Below are positions 1 through 13,716 of a stretch of 64,000 nt of DNA, piece by piece. Under the pieces are notes generated by a model. The model ran no database searches, had not been told where the DNA came from, and worked only from the letters and a program-made list of their open reading frames with translations. Made by a program: the position numbers and the translations under genes. Numbering within the stretch: position 1 is the stretch's first letter; each line of letters starts with the position of its first letter. The stretch is from NCBI RefSeq assembly GCF_036321535.1, contig NC_087472.1, positions 94,552,001 through 94,616,000 of the forward strand, in the 5' to 3' direction. Source of the stretch: Camelus dromedarius. Lineage: Eukaryota.

Positions 1-141
1 GTATATTTTTCAAATTAGTGCTTCACAATTCATCATAATTAGGCACAGCAGCCTTTTCAAAATCTGTTTTAGCGTTTGATTTCGTTTAACAACACAGTTG
101 GTAAAAGTGGTCATTTTCCTTTCCCTTTGTGTACGGGAGCA

Positions 142-2360
142 CAGTTGACCCTGGAACAACTTTCCCCGCCCCCCGGGAAGTGGAAAACTTTTGACTCCTC
201 AAAAACTTAGCTATTGACTGGAATTCTTAATGATAACATCAACAGTCAATTAACACGTATTTTGCATCTCATATGTATTATGTACTGTATTCTTACAGTA
301 AATTAATCTAGAGAATAAATATTAATAAACTCAGAAAGGAGAGAAAATACATTTACAGTATTGTACTCTATTTATGATACTGTAAGTTGATGTCATCTGT
401 TGATGAATTATCTGTCAGTACCTACATCAGTGTTGCCTTTTACAAAACACTGTAGATATTTAATAACACTAGACATCAAAAATGAACAGATAATGTGAAA
501 GAAGTTAATATTTACAGGAATAACCATTCGTATGTTGACAATGAGGAAGCTGCAGTATGATCACTTTATGGTAGCCTAGTGGGACCGATGCTTTTGCCTC
601 ACGGTAGCCCAGCATATATACTAATGAATGAATCATGCAGTTTTTATGGCCTGCAGTATTAGAAACATTGTTACTTAAAAAAATGCTTACCTGTGATGAT
701 AGGCTCATAGCCAGCTTCTCCAATTACAAGAGCAAGGTATACTGTCCAGTAATACAATTCTGGCACTGGCCTGGGGCCACTCATCTCCATTAAGTCATCT
801 TCTGTTAATTCCTTTGGTGTGGTATCTATTTGCTCTTGAATTTCTCCATGATCCATGTCTTGGAACCCTTCACTCACCCCCACTCAACCCCCACACACCT
901 TTTTTTTTGCACCCTGTATACAATCTCTTTCATGATTTCCTTGATGTGCTCTGTTACACATCCTGTGACTTCATGCACAACATGTAGACATAGCTTTCTT
1001 CAGCAATCTGTTGTTTTGGGCTTGATGGCTTTTTCTGTAGCAACTACAGCATCTTCAATAGCATTATCATTTGAGACTTTTAGGATCTCTCTATTGGGTT
1101 TCTTTTCCACAGCTTTGACAGTCCCTTTTATTGAGTACCATGTGTAATGAGCCTTAAAGGTCCTTATAATCCTCTGATCTACAGGCTGATTTAGAGACGT
1201 TGTGTTTGGGGATAAGCAGACCATTTGGATTCCTTCAGTGTTGAACTCATGGAGTTCTGGGTGGCCAGGGACATGTCTAATATCAAAAGAACTTTAAAAG
1301 GCAGTCCCTTACTGGTAGAGCACTTCCTGACTTCAGGGACAGAACACCAATAGAACCAATCAAGAAAGAGTTCTTGTCCCTGCCTTCTTGTTGTTCAACC
1401 AAAAGACTGGCAGCTGGTGTTTATCTTTTCGCTTCAAGGCTCAGAGGTTAGAGCTTTATAGGTAAGAACAGACCCGATCACAAACAACATTTGCATAAAA
1501 TCATGGGGTTAACCTACCCCTTTCGGCCTTAAATCTCTTCTTTACTAATAAATGTCCTTTTTATGCATTTTCTCCCAGACTAGGGCATTTTCATCTGCAT
1601 TAAAAACATGTTCAGGCCGATACCCTTTCTCCTCAGTGATTTTTGTAATGACATGTGGGGACTCTTGGTCAGCAGGAGCTGCTCCTTCTACTATCTTGCC
1701 ATTTTTTAAGCCAAACCTCTTCTTAAAATTATCAGACCATCCTTTGCGGGCGTTCAGTTCTCCAGCTTTAGATCCTTCACCTTCCTTTTGTTTTAGGCTG
1801 TCATGTAATGACTTTGCTTTTTCTCGAGGAGTGTTAGAGAGCGTATAGGTATGGCTTTCTGACGGTAACGCTGCACTCACATAGAAGCTTCATTTTCAGT
1901 AGGAAGTAAGCAGGTATTTCTTGCAAAAAGTTCAGAGTATAACTACAGCACTGGTTCACAAATTTCCTTTGCTTTTTTTTTTTTTTTAAACAATGGTCTT
2001 TTTGCTGGATTCTTTCATCTTGAAATGGCAGCAGCCACAGTTGCAGACCTCAGTGTACGGTACCCATCCAGCAGTTAAGCTTTTTCTTGCAATGGCATGA
2101 CTTTCCCTTGCTTCTTGGGAGCACTTCCACCATCAGTAGTGACACTTTGTATGCGTCCCCTGGTGTTATTCGAGGTGTACAGTGTTGTATGAAGCACAAT
2201 GAGAAATAACCTGAGAACCATGAGAGATCACTTTTTACTGAGATACACAATTTAGGAGAGATGAATGGCTCGCAGGAGATGATTAGTGCCACACCACATC
2301 TTTGTTTGTTTACATCTCTCTTGACTGCAAAGGATGCTGTGTATGGTCTGTAAGTGTGTG
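142..2360 (-). mobile_element. Tigger2-like TcMar-Tigger DNA transposon, long decayed copy, second end not found
   Basis: Starts with TIR-like cagttgaccctggaacaac at 142, followed by Tigger2/MER8-type terminal sequence. Contains minus-strand transposase fragments. No matching TIR (gggtcaactg) seen near 2300-2500. Confidence 0.85.
720..2100 (-). pseudogene. Fragmented Tigger (pogo/CENP-B-like) transposase
   Basis: ORF 1545-1880 has KAGELNARKGWSDNFKKRFGL (CENP-B-type HTH) and VFNADENALVW (first catalytic D). ORF 1000-1224 has PNTTSLNQPVDQRIIRTFKAHY (DDE_1 motif). ORF 671-883 has the acidic C-terminal ELTEDDLMEM. Broken by frameshifts and stops. Confidence 0.85.
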
Positions 2361-3476
2361 CATAAGTTCGTTCTAGTTTGCAGAATCAAGAGAATGGGAC
2401 AACGATAAAAGGGCAGAGAGACTAGTGAAAAAAGGAGTAGTCAGTTATATTGGAAGGAGCTCTCAATTATTGTTTTCCTAAATTTCAAAACTTTTCTCTC
2501 CTACTTTTATGTGGTCTTTGAAATTTTTGTTACCATTTTAATAAATTGAAAGAATAACAATACATTGCTTGTACCACTAAAGAGCAGAGACTCACATAAT
2601 TTATATTTACTTCAGACATAAATTCCCTATGTCTGAAGGAAGTTCTTTGCATGAATGTGACTCCAGAATGATTTCTATAGTTTGTGAATTGGCCACATTA
2701 GGTAGAATCAGATCCCGAGCATGTGATGAAGCACTTTTCAGGGCCAAGAGATTTATCAGTACGTGAGAGAAAAAAAATTTTAAATAGGTAACAGTCAAGG
2801 CAACTTACTAAGGGTTTAATTCTGAAGTCTGGCTTTTCCTATGCAATACTTACAGAATGCAGTTTTGAAAATACATTGAGTGTCCCCAAATACACAGTAC
2901 TTAAGGACTAGGTATGGCGTTTTTATTTTTCTTTCTACAATGTTGGATCTTACCCCACTCAGTGACTTATCTGTTGGCATCACTGAATTAAAATCATTAA
3001 GCATAGGAAGGAGAAAAGGGGGAAAAATCTGTTGAAATTCCAGAACAAAATACAAGTCCTTACCGATACAATGCTGGGGGCTCTTGCTATAATTTTTGTG
3101 AATGGAATACATGTTTAGGGGCGTGTGTGCATGCTTGTGCTTGCATGCCTGTGTATTTGCAGAGGCTTGGGATGGGTGAGAGAGGAATCAGGTGACTAAT
3201 TTCAACAACTGTGAATATTGGAAGTTACATGCAATGTGAACAGAAATCAAGATAATCATATGTGGAAGTAAAATGACGAGCCATGGAAACAGATCGCAGT
3301 GAATGACTGGGAAGCAGGAGGAAAATACTTAGAATGTTATTATGTAGATGGATTTTCACTCTGTGTTAATGTTGCAGTTCGGGAAAATAGTGACTTAAAA
3401 ATCAATTATGTACGTTTAGAATCATTGACGGAATCATATCGAAGATGAATTTTTACTGCAGGAAGAGTTTTCTAGG

Positions 3477-3995
3477 GGTAATTTCCCATGGCTGCTCTAA
3501 CAAATCACCACAAATTTCGTGGCTATTATATATATATAGTGTTATTTTAATAACATTCTTTTCTTCTAGTTCTGTAAGTCAGGAGTCCAACAGGGATGTC
3601 ACTGGGCTAAAAGGAAGGTGTTAGCAGGCCCGTGCTCCTTTTGGAGGATCTAGGGGAGAATGTTACCTTGCCTTTTCTAGTTCCTGGAAGCCACTTAGAT
3701 TCCTTGGTTCATGGCTCCTTCACCACTTTCAAAGCCATTTTTGTAGCTATTTTTCTCCTTTCTGACCTCTCCTCCCATCACCCCATTCTGTGACTTTGTC
3801 CCTTTTTCTCTGTCTCTCCCAAAAGGACCCTTGTGATTACATTGGGCCCACTTGGATAATCCAGGGCCCACCTACTCATCTCAAGCTCCTTAATCACATC
3901 TGCAGCGTCCCTTTTGCCATATATGTTAACATGGTCACAGAGTCGAGCAACTGAGATGTGGACATCTTTTTTGAGAAGTGGGGGAGAGTGTGGTT
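3477..3995 (-). mobile_element. MLT1 (MLT1C/D-like) MaLR solo LTR
   Basis: Motifs gattacattgggcccacttggataatccagg, aatcacatctgcagcgtcccttttgccata and gtggacatcttt match the reverse complement of the MLT1D-type consensus. Confidence 0.85.
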
Positions 3996-5481
3996 CAGTG
4001 GGCATCATATATCCTCCAATACCTCTCTACCTGTTTTTATTCTCTCATTGTACCCAAATATCATCCCTCATAGCCACCATCACTTTTTATCTTTCACATT
4101 TTAGACTCCATGAGTTTTGAGTACGTTATTACCAATACAATGCTGGGGGATCTTGCTGGGGCTCCAGTGTCTGGCATACAACCACAGTATATCTAGATCC
4201 CACATGTCTTGATTCTCAGCCAGAAAACTCTATGTGCTGTCTATAACAACATGTTGCTGCTTTTTGATTAGTATTATTTTATTACAAATAGTGTTCTGAG
4301 AAGTAGTTCCCATTGATTGGTTTTATACCTAAACTAAATACAATGCCTTCTCTGCTTTAGCACAACTGAGAAGTTGCTGTGTGCTTCCGTGTAATCGCAC
4401 CAGATATCTGCAGGTGGAGATTGTAGTTAAACCCGTGCTAGAGAATTTAGTCACTTAGTCCTGTTTTTACTTCTCACCATTAACCAAGGAAAGAGAAAAC
4501 ATGCCATCTGAATGAAATGGCGATTTTGTTTTCTAAATCTTAAGACTGTTGAAAGAAATGAATTGAAAAAAATCACTCTCTTATACATATTTAACTGCTT
4601 GAGATGATACTGAGTATGCAAGGTTATATATTTGGGGCTATTTCAGGTTTTAGGAAAATAGGCTCTTGTTATATATCTGTAGTAAAGCAATTTTTATCTG
4701 AAAGGTTAGTCTAAGAAGATTGAGATCCTTTTAACACAGAAAAGAAAAAAATGAAATGCTCCATCTATAAGTTGCCATGGTTTCAGTTTGGCAGAAAAAA
4801 AAAATTAGAAGGTCACCCATTAGTTCTGAGCATATTCTTTTTTACAGAAGGAAGTCATATCAATGTGGTACAAGATCCCAACAAGATTTGAAACAATATG
4901 GGTACTTGGAAAATTACAAAACCATTAGTCAATGCATATTAAGTTGACTTATTACCCTCTAGTGCTACAGCCTTTTAGCTGCTGATGGGGATCCAGTTAA
5001 GAAATAAGATTATGAATCCTTTCTTGAGATTTTCACACATTATTTTCTCAGAAAATAAAGTAAATTAGACAATCACTGGCCATAATACTTCACAATGAGA
5101 TTGATACTGAGGCTGAAAAATGTTTTTCCTCCCCTGTATCAAAATCCTGTACAATCGTTTTCAGGCAAATGATGCAGAAGGCTCCTTGATGACAAGGAAG
5201 GAAACCCAATTTGAACTAGATTAAAGAACAGAAGATATTTATTAGGACAGTGTCTCCCTAGGTTACATTCTAATAGCTCTGTGATGAGTCTCTAATACAA
5301 AAATCCCAAAGAAGGTTTTAAATGCCCCTATGTGGGTTTCTACATAGGTCACATACCTCCCTGCTGTGTAAATGGTTCATTCATAAGGTGAGGAAAATCA
5401 GATTGTTGACTTAAATTCATTCAGTTGCCTCTTGCTCACCTTTCTAATATTGACCAGGGTGACACTTGTTAGCAAAACAGG

Positions 5482-5878
5482 ATGTAGTATCTAGAATAAT
5501 GACCCTCCCCACCAAAAGATGTCTGTGACCTAATCCCCTAGACCTGTGCATATATGTAGTTATATGGCACAGAGGCATTGAGTTGGCAGATGGAATTTGT
5601 TAAGTGACCTTAAAATGCAGAGAGATGTGCCCGATGTAATCAGAAGGCTCCTTAGAAGTGCAAGATGGAGACAGAAGAGAGGCAGAGAAAGAGAAGTGAC
5701 AATGGAAAAGGGGCCAGAGAGATGCTATGCTACCAACTCTGAAGATGGAGGAAGGGAACCATGAGCCAAGAATAAGAGTGACCTCTAGAAGATGGAAATG
5801 GTAAAGACACGGCTTCTCTCCTAGAGCCTCCGGAGGAGTAGAGCCCTGCCAATTCCTTGATTTTAGCTCAATGAAAGC
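5482..5878 (+). mobile_element. MLT1 (MLT1D/E-like) MaLR LTR, 3'-truncated
   Basis: tgtagtatctagaataatgacc...aaagatgtc...cctaatcccc; gaagatggaggaagggaaccatgagccaag; ttctctcctagagcctcc. Confidence 0.8.
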
Positions 5879-5899
5879 CACATACACACACACTCGAGA

Positions 5900-6971
5900 A
5901 AAGTTTAAATTGGCAATAAAAAAATGTAACTTTTTCAGCCCTAATCTAATTTGAGTAAAGTTTCCGTCTTCTAATTTCCCATTTCCTTCATTCTTTGCAA
6001 TAGGAGCCTAGGGGTTTGGTTGGGCTTTATGTACTCTCATGGGAACAAAGGAAACCTTGCATTCACAAGGTGTAAGGGAATGTGGATGATTTGTTCCTTG
6101 GCAGCAGCAGGTAGTAGGGATTCAGTTTCAGTTATTGTCCTGTGGATTCTTTCTGGTCTCAGATGCACAGTGGCTGATCTCTTCTAGTTTGTTGACTGGT
6201 GATCATGTTTAATAAAGAGTTCTCAGATCTGACGTTCAGAATCTATGATAGCAGTCATTTGTTCTCAGCACGGTACGCTCTCAAGGGGAGAGTGGTGGGC
6301 AGCCTCAAGGGAGTAGCTGCCCTGAGTTTCTTTGGCAAACTGGTTACATAGAGTGTGAAAGTGAATGAGCGGAATATTCAATGGAGGAGGGGTTTGGACC
6401 ATATTTCCTGGATTTTATCCCAGCTCCACCTTCCCGAGGAGTGGAGGGATTTTTTTGTCCTTAGTCTTGATGGGGAATTCGGATGAGGGCATAATGAGCA
6501 AAAGGTCACCTTCGAGTACTGGAGATTCCTATCTTTTCCCACCTTTCTTTGTTTGCCTCCAGGACACTTGTTAACCCAAAATGTATGGTTTCTTATCAGT
6601 CTGGAGGTTCCTGCTTTTCTCGGTCTGCCCAAGGACCCCCGTCATTCACAAGATGTACGGTTTCCTGGCGTTTGGTCCGTGTACCCCTTTCTCTGCTCAT
6701 AACTAGCTCTCTGCCTGCTCTAACACTCCTTTCCCTGGTTTCAGCCCAGGTGTGAGTAGATTGAAGACATCCTTTCCCACTACCTTTCTCTTCCACTTCT
6801 CACAAACCACTGACAAAGAAGGGCAGACTTACCTCTTCTCTTATATTATAAATTTCCCTATGTTGTATCTTTCTTCTTCCCCATAGAAACTAAAATTCAC
6901 AGCTCAGAAAAGAGTTATCTTCTCCAAAATAAGAGATTTCTCTGCAGTCTAGTTTCCCAAGTCCATTTCAC
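5900..6971 (-). mobile_element. Possible ancient LTR-like element, family unassigned
   Basis: Minus strand begins tgtgaaatggacttgggaaactagactgc, reminiscent of ancient eutherian LTRs. The block is richer in GC than its flanks and abuts the truncated MLT1. Confidence 0.3.
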
Positions 6972-8566
6972 AATACGTTAATGGAACCTAAAAGGCTGTA
7001 AAAATCCTTTTCTTTCTTGATAAAACATGGCTTTTAAGATTCTTATCATGCTTTTAACTCAAAGAAAGCCAATTTTGGATTCCAAAAGCTGACTATTGAT
7101 CCTTGTTTCTCTTTGTATTCCTGTCCCAACAGTTCTAATCTTTCCTACATCAAATGAATGCCTCTGACTGAATAAGGCGAAGTTGTAAGCATAGGAATGT
7201 AAAAAAGATAAAAGACACTGTGTGTTTTTGTGAAAATATAATTTTTTTGCTATAGTATTTTAAATGTTTTGAAACTACATTTGTATGTAACACTTGTGCT
7301 GTAAGGGAACTCAAAGCACTAGAGTCCATTAATAGTTTATGCGTGTGTGGAGATTGCACAGGACTCCAAAGATTCGGCAGTGTAAAGGTTACATTCTTCA
7401 CCTCCAAGTGCCATGAGTCCCTAATTGAGACTGAAAACTAAGAGAACCTTTAACCTGGTTGTCACGTGGATATTTTTGTATGGTGGGTTAGTGGGGCCAG
7501 AAGGAGGTCATGGCTCAAAGGTTTCCAAGTGGCAAGTGTTTTCTTTTAAGCAGTGCTGAGAGAATGTAAATAAAATTTAAAGTCTTGAACACTGTATAAC
7601 TCACCTAAATTAGTAGAATGGTGTGAACTCTTTTCATCGCATTATGAACTGTAAAACGAAGATGGCCGTGAAAAGCTCTGATTTTTGTCTGATACTGTCT
7701 TTGATTATTCAGTTGGTTTTGGGTCCAGCAACAGCAACAACCACCACAAACAGGTATCAGATGCTTACCCTGGGCCTGGTGCTTTTCCGAGTCCTGTGTA
7801 AGTATTTTCATTTTTTCATGCTCAAAACATCTTGCAAAGCATTTTACTATGAGACAAGAGGACTGAAGGTGTAATTTTATTCACATGAAGAATTTCTAAT
7901 GCCAGTCAGATGGCATCTCTTCTCTTTCTATGAGAAGAAATCAAAGCAAAACGAACAAAATAGAGGTGGGGGATGTAGAAAAATGAAGCCCTGAGCTGGT
8001 CAAAGGGTAGTTGTTACATCATACCCGTTACTGGCCACCTTCATACTGAGCAAGAACATTAGGATGGAAAAGTGCCCTTCCTTGGGGGTTCTGAGCCTAG
8101 AATGGGGCCTGGAATATAGCACTCGGAATCCGTTACTGTAGTTTGATGGGTGGTGGTGTTGCCATTGCTGTGGTTATTGTTACTGTTTTCAGAGATGATT
8201 GCAACAAGGGAATAAGAAAGATCGGCAAATGTTACCACATTGCTTTTTGGTATTTTCTGTTGAGTTAAAAGAGTACTTAAAAAAAAAGTGCCTGGTTGTC
8301 GAACATTCCACTTTAATCCTGAGTTGAGGGCACATGAATAATTTCAAAGAAGAAATTATGTCAAGTGAATTATGCACACTAGTTGAGAAGACATACAAAG
8401 ACAGGGAGATCGTGGGCTGGAAAAAATTGCACATTCGTGACTTGCAGGACTGGAAGGGGACCATCCTCCAGCTGGAGAGCGTGTGATTTAGTGTAAAGCG
8501 TGAACTGTGACCCCCAGCTCTTCTTTCAGACTGTCTTCTTTGTCAGGCACATGTGCATGTGTGTGT

Positions 8567-8590
8567 ACACACACACACACACACACACAC
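8567..8590. repeat. (AC)12 microsatellite preceded by a short (GT)n
   Basis: Directly visible. Confidence 0.95.
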
Positions 8591-8669
8591 GAGTTTTCTT
8601 ATCAGCTCAGGAAACTCTTGGTACAGCCACACATAATACGGCAGAAGGAAGACAACTTGATGGCCACAT

Positions 8670-8860
8670 GCTATGGAGTCAGGTTGAATGGTGTCTCTCC
8701 CCCTTTATTACTCTTTTACCAGCTTTATTACTCTAAGCAACTAGTTTTGAAAATTATAAAATAGTTATAGTACCTCCTTCATGTAGGTGTTTTGAGGACT
8801 AAATGAGATAACATGTGTAAAATAACTAGTAAAGTACCTGGAATCAGTATTAGCAATCAG
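8670..8860 (+). mobile_element. MIR SINE fragment
   Basis: atagtacctccttcatgtaggtgttttgaggactaaatgagataacatgtgtaaaataactagtaaagtacctgg resembles the MIR core/3' part. Confidence 0.7.
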
Positions 8861-11699
8861 TGGTATATAATGTAATAATGAAGTTATTTTTATTGTTGGT
8901 TTCTGAACTTTTTTTTTTTTTTTTTGACTCTGACTCCCTCCCCTCCCCCCGATTGGCTCATCTTTCCTCTGTCCACTTGTTTGTACATAAAATATCTCCA
9001 ACTATGTTTAGGGACGGCACTAGGCTTGAAATAATCTCTGGTGAAAACTAAAGCACCTAACAAGAGCTTGGCCCTGGATGGAAAGTCATTGTATCTGCTC
9101 CCAGAATTCAACCTAGGGAGGATTTAACCCACAGAAAGGGACAAGACTTTTTCCTAGCAATGTATATGGATCTAATATTATGTAAACAATTGCTCCAACA
9201 AGGTTTTTCAGCATTTGGTTCTGTTTACAGAAGAGAAAAAAAAAGGAATAACTAGAACCAAATCCCCATTTTCTGAAATCTAGAAGATAGCAGTAACTAA
9301 ACAAAAAAGTAACTTTTTCATGTAACATGTAAAATCAGATCTATTTTTACAGAGATGACTAATAACCTTTTGTATAAAGTCCTTATCATCCATCTCCTAA
9401 TTTATAGATGACAGTATCAGTAGCAGTGTTTAAATACCGTTTCATACAATTCTCAAATATTAGAACATCTTCAGAGCTACTACAGTGATTGTAATAAAAT
9501 AAAATTGTAATAAAATAAATTCTCATCCACATCTCCCTTTATTTATTTTTTATCCACCTTTTCTCATATTCTGACATGATCTTTCAGGTCCAAACTGAGT
9601 CACCATAATTTAAGACGATGTCATTCTCCCCACACTCTGCTCTGTCTGAGACCTAGTACCAAATAGCCTTGGAGAACCAGCAGAATTTAAGGTGAAATCT
9701 ATAGAAGTTGACAGAGATTAATCAGTGTGGTCTCTAAGATGTAGATGGTTGTCTAGCTTGAAGTCATTTTTCACTTCCAGAGTGTAGGACACTTCCATTC
9801 ACTGTTACAATCAATAGTCTGTGTAAGTGATGAACCATGGGCACTTGAGCAGGTACAAATGAGCTGATCCAGGCGTGTCATTTACACGGAATATTATACA
9901 TCCATTTCCACATAACGTCACAATGTACATTATATGTCCATTTTAAATGCCACTGCCAACATCTAAAGAAGGATCCCAGAAGAGCAGGACCTAACAAATG
10001 GAAACTCAAGAAAAATAAGTTTGCAGTAAACTGTGCTACTTACATTTTCTCTCTCTCTGCCGCCCGGCCGCCTCTGCTCCTGCCCCTCATTAGTTAATGA
10101 CCAGGTCTCTGTGAAGTGCAGTGGAGTTATTTTTGTCCTTTTAGTAATTTTTTGAATCTATGATGTTTTCAATAAGATTTTGTTTAAAAGAAACAAGAAG
10201 AGAATGTATAGTTGACTACAGCTATTCCTTAAATAGCTGTATTTATCCACATTGGATAGCCACAAACAACATTTAAAGGATTTGCTGCTTTTTAATAAAT
10301 TCATTAGTATATAAAGCTGATAGGCTTGATAGGTCTCTACCTGGTTAACACGTTGTACCCTTATTATGCATTTGGATATTTATCCATTTATTGATAACTG
10401 AATTATATCCCTGAGCTAATACATACAGAGATTATAGACAGAATCTCTGTGGGAAGAAAGAGAGAGAAACCCAAACATACCTATGTAAGATAAGTACGTG
10501 TTATAAGGTGGGAAGGGGTCACAGAGGGGTAGGACCTAACTTTTGAGAGAAAATAGAATTCGAACATGGGTTGTAAGTGAGCTCACACAGAGCAAGGCAT
10601 GAAGAAGCAGCTGGAGTTAGAAGAAGATTAGTATTGTAGAGGGAATGGAGTCAACTCTTGGACAAGAGGTTCTCCCTTTCCATCTCTTACTGGATTAATA
10701 CAATTATGACTTTAATGTCAAACTTCAGTCCATTTTATAAAAGTTAATGGAATAATTTTTCACACATCAAATCTGATATTACTACCATGGTTACAAATTT
10801 ACAATAGCTCACTATAGACATTAGGAGAAAATGCAGTCTTTGTAAGTTTTGTTATGATTTTGACCCAACGTTCTATTGACCCCCTTTATAGACAGATTTT
10901 ATAGAATTGAAATTTCATTTAATGACATTAACTTTTATTGGCGGACTTGTAAGAAGTACTTCTTTAAACCCAATAGCTGCATTTATTGTAGAAATGTTGA
11001 ACACAAATATTTCTGTGAATCTAACAGCTGTATTTACTAGAGGAATGTGCAATATTGTACATTACATTATATGAGATTCTTTCTATGAGGACTCTTGAAA
11101 GAAATATATCTCTGGTCTCAGAGTTAGAAATAGCTGTGTTTCTTCGGAGGGAACTGTTGGACTCCCTCTTACATACATTCTGAATCATGTCATTGTTAGT
11201 TTGCCTCTTTGACTAGTCTAATGGAATGCTTAGAATCCAGAATATATTATCTTTGCTAGGAAACGTTTAGGATATCAAGGTATTGATTTAAAAAAAAAAA
11301 AAAAACTAAACTCAGTTTTGGCCTTTATGTTATTTCCCCCTCGTGATTTATCTTGACCTCATTTTTTCCTCATCTCTTGTTTTTTTCATATAGGTATGGC
11401 ATAAGTGTCTTGGAAAATTCATATTGAATTTCCTCACACAAGATACTACTTGAAAGGAGGGGAAGGAAAGAGAAGAGGAGGGAAGGGAGATAGAAAAGTA
11501 CACAGTTCTCCCAATTTGGTACCTTTTAAAGAATAAAAGTTAAAGGGGATGAGAAAAAAAACTATTGGTCTGTACTTGTTATACGTGTTTATACTAGGCA
11601 TCCCCTCTTTGTTTCTGAAATGTGTCTTTTATAAGACAACTTATAAAAAGCATAGAGACATCTGGACTGGGCCGATGAGCTGAATGAGACTTCCATCTG

Positions 11700-12162
11700 T
11701 TCAGAATTTTGGTGGTGCTGGGGGGATGGGAATCCCCTGTCCTCAGTCTTGATGACTGTTCAGTTGCCCAGCTGACCCCCAAGAGCCAGGAGAGATCGCA
11801 TCATCTAGTCCTGGCCATTCAGAACCTCGCAACCTCTAAGCAAAATGCTTGACTTGGAAATAAAGTGAAGACTCAGAGCTACCTAGTCAGAGCCCTCTGT
11901 GACTTTGGATGGAACTTGTATTGCAAACAGGAATGAGAGAAGCCTAGAGCAGCTTATGGTTCTTGTGTTTCCATTTGCAGAAGCCTTAGAATTAGACTGC
12001 CTCTGTTAGGATGGAGGACTAAAAGCAGTAATGGAAAGAAACTTAAACTACTGCAGTTGCAATTAGACTTTCTAGTTACATAAGCCATTTATTTTCTTTA
12101 TTGCTTAAAATTGTTTGAATTAGGTCTTTGTCATTTGCAGATTCAAGTGTCACAGCTAACAA
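11700..12162 (+). mobile_element. Old MLT1 (J/K/L-like) LTR remnant
   Basis: 3' end ...ttctagttacataagcc...ttgcttaaaattgtttgaattaggtctttgtcatttgcag...ctaaca. Confidence 0.5.
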
Positions 12163-12964
12163 AACTCGTATATAGGTCATTGATTCAAGCAGAGGAAAAA
12201 GGTCTTAGAATCTAATAATAATCATACTCAAGGTTTAGGAGCTATTTTCTCCCTTCAGTGAACATAAACTATCTTTCACATTCTATCTGCCACCTACATG
12301 CTCGGAAGGCCCTCCAATCTCACTCCTCATTTATCTGATTATACAATTAGGCCGTCAAAGTAGGCACTTTGTTTCATATGACATAGTAACACTTCCATCT
12401 ACAGTTTTCTTTCTCAAGTGTAGTATTTGAATTACTACAAAAGGTTTAATTATTAAATCAGCCTCACACTAACAATAGATCTCACCTAGCACAAACTGTA
12501 CTAATAATTTAAAGGACACAGGTAAGCATCAAGAAGAGATGGAATTTTCTTACTTTGGAGGAGCCCAAGGAGTCAGATATGCATTTTCTAGTGAGTTGTT
12601 ATAAATTTTGCTTTTGGGTTAAGAGATGAAATTTTGAGAGTTTTGAGACTCTTCCATCTCACACACTGTTCACTTCACAAAGGGGAAAATGCTCACTTTA
12701 CCTCCTAGTCGCCAGTCAACCATGCTTGTTGTTTATTTACAGTAAGCAAAATAGATCATAAGCATGTTTATGAAACAGGCTGGTCATCACCCATCTCCTC
12801 ATGTCCAGGTAGGAAGGGAATAGATGACCAGTCTTTGGTTAGCTCTAAGTGCCTAAGCACCTAACATAACACCTAGAAGATATATGGGATTGATGATAAT
12901 ATTACATAAGAAGTACCAATTTTTTTACCACACATCATGCCATAAATAGAGGCTCACTTACAGC

Positions 12965-13712
12965 TAAAGGGTGCCCCTTGTCTTTACAGAACTCATAGTC
13001 TAATGGAAACACAAGATGAGTAAATGATACAGTGCATTTGTGACGAGGGCTAAAATTGGCACCAAGTTAAAAAGATGTTATTAACAAAGTCGAGGCATAA
13101 ATCAGAAATTCATAACACGACCTTGAAGAGAGGGTACTTGAAACTGAGTCTTGAAAGATAATCATAACTTGGCTAAGAAAAGGGAAGATAGTCATTCCAG
13201 ACTCAGAAAAATAGTAAGGGTGAAGGAAACCAGGTGTGATAAGCCAAGTGATTGATGGTGTAAATAGTTTGTTAGGATGTGAGCAGAAAGAGTTTGTGAG
13301 AGTGTGTTGGAAGAGGAAACTGAAGAAGGAAGTAGGGCCAAGAGCTAAGGTTTTGTTTTCATTTTGAAAACAAAGGTAACCAATGAAAAAAATCAAGGTC
13401 AGAAGGAAAATAACAATATTGCCATTTACTCTTTTGTTGTTTTCTACTCAGCTATTTATTTTTACCTTCAATAAGTATTTATTGAGAGCCAGGCACTGTT
13501 ACAGAGGCTGATTTTCCAAGTAGGAATGAATGGGAGAAAGTCTTTGATTTTACAGATAAGTCGATAAGGAGAAACAATTGGAAAGTAACGTATTCATTAT
13601 TATAAAACATGACATTTGTGACAAGTACAGACAGGGATCTCGAAGAATAAAAGTACCAGGTGGGAGCTATCAGAGTCAGTGAAGGCTGTTCTCTGGAAGT
13701 TGTGTTAAAATT
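12965..13712 (-). mobile_element. L2 LINE fragments
   Basis: gccccttgtctttacagaactcatagtctaatgg; atttattgagagccaggcactgttacagaggctg; purine-rich L2 3'-region texture. Confidence 0.55.
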
Positions 13713-13716
13713 GATA

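Noticed and set aside
9488..9519. 16-bp tandem duplication attgtaataaaataaa (also a 10-bp one near 19670)
   Set aside because: Ordinary slippage in AT-rich DNA.
9827..9867. C/D-box snoRNA (gtgatga...ctga)
   Set aside because: Boxes span only ~41 nt and there is no terminal stem.
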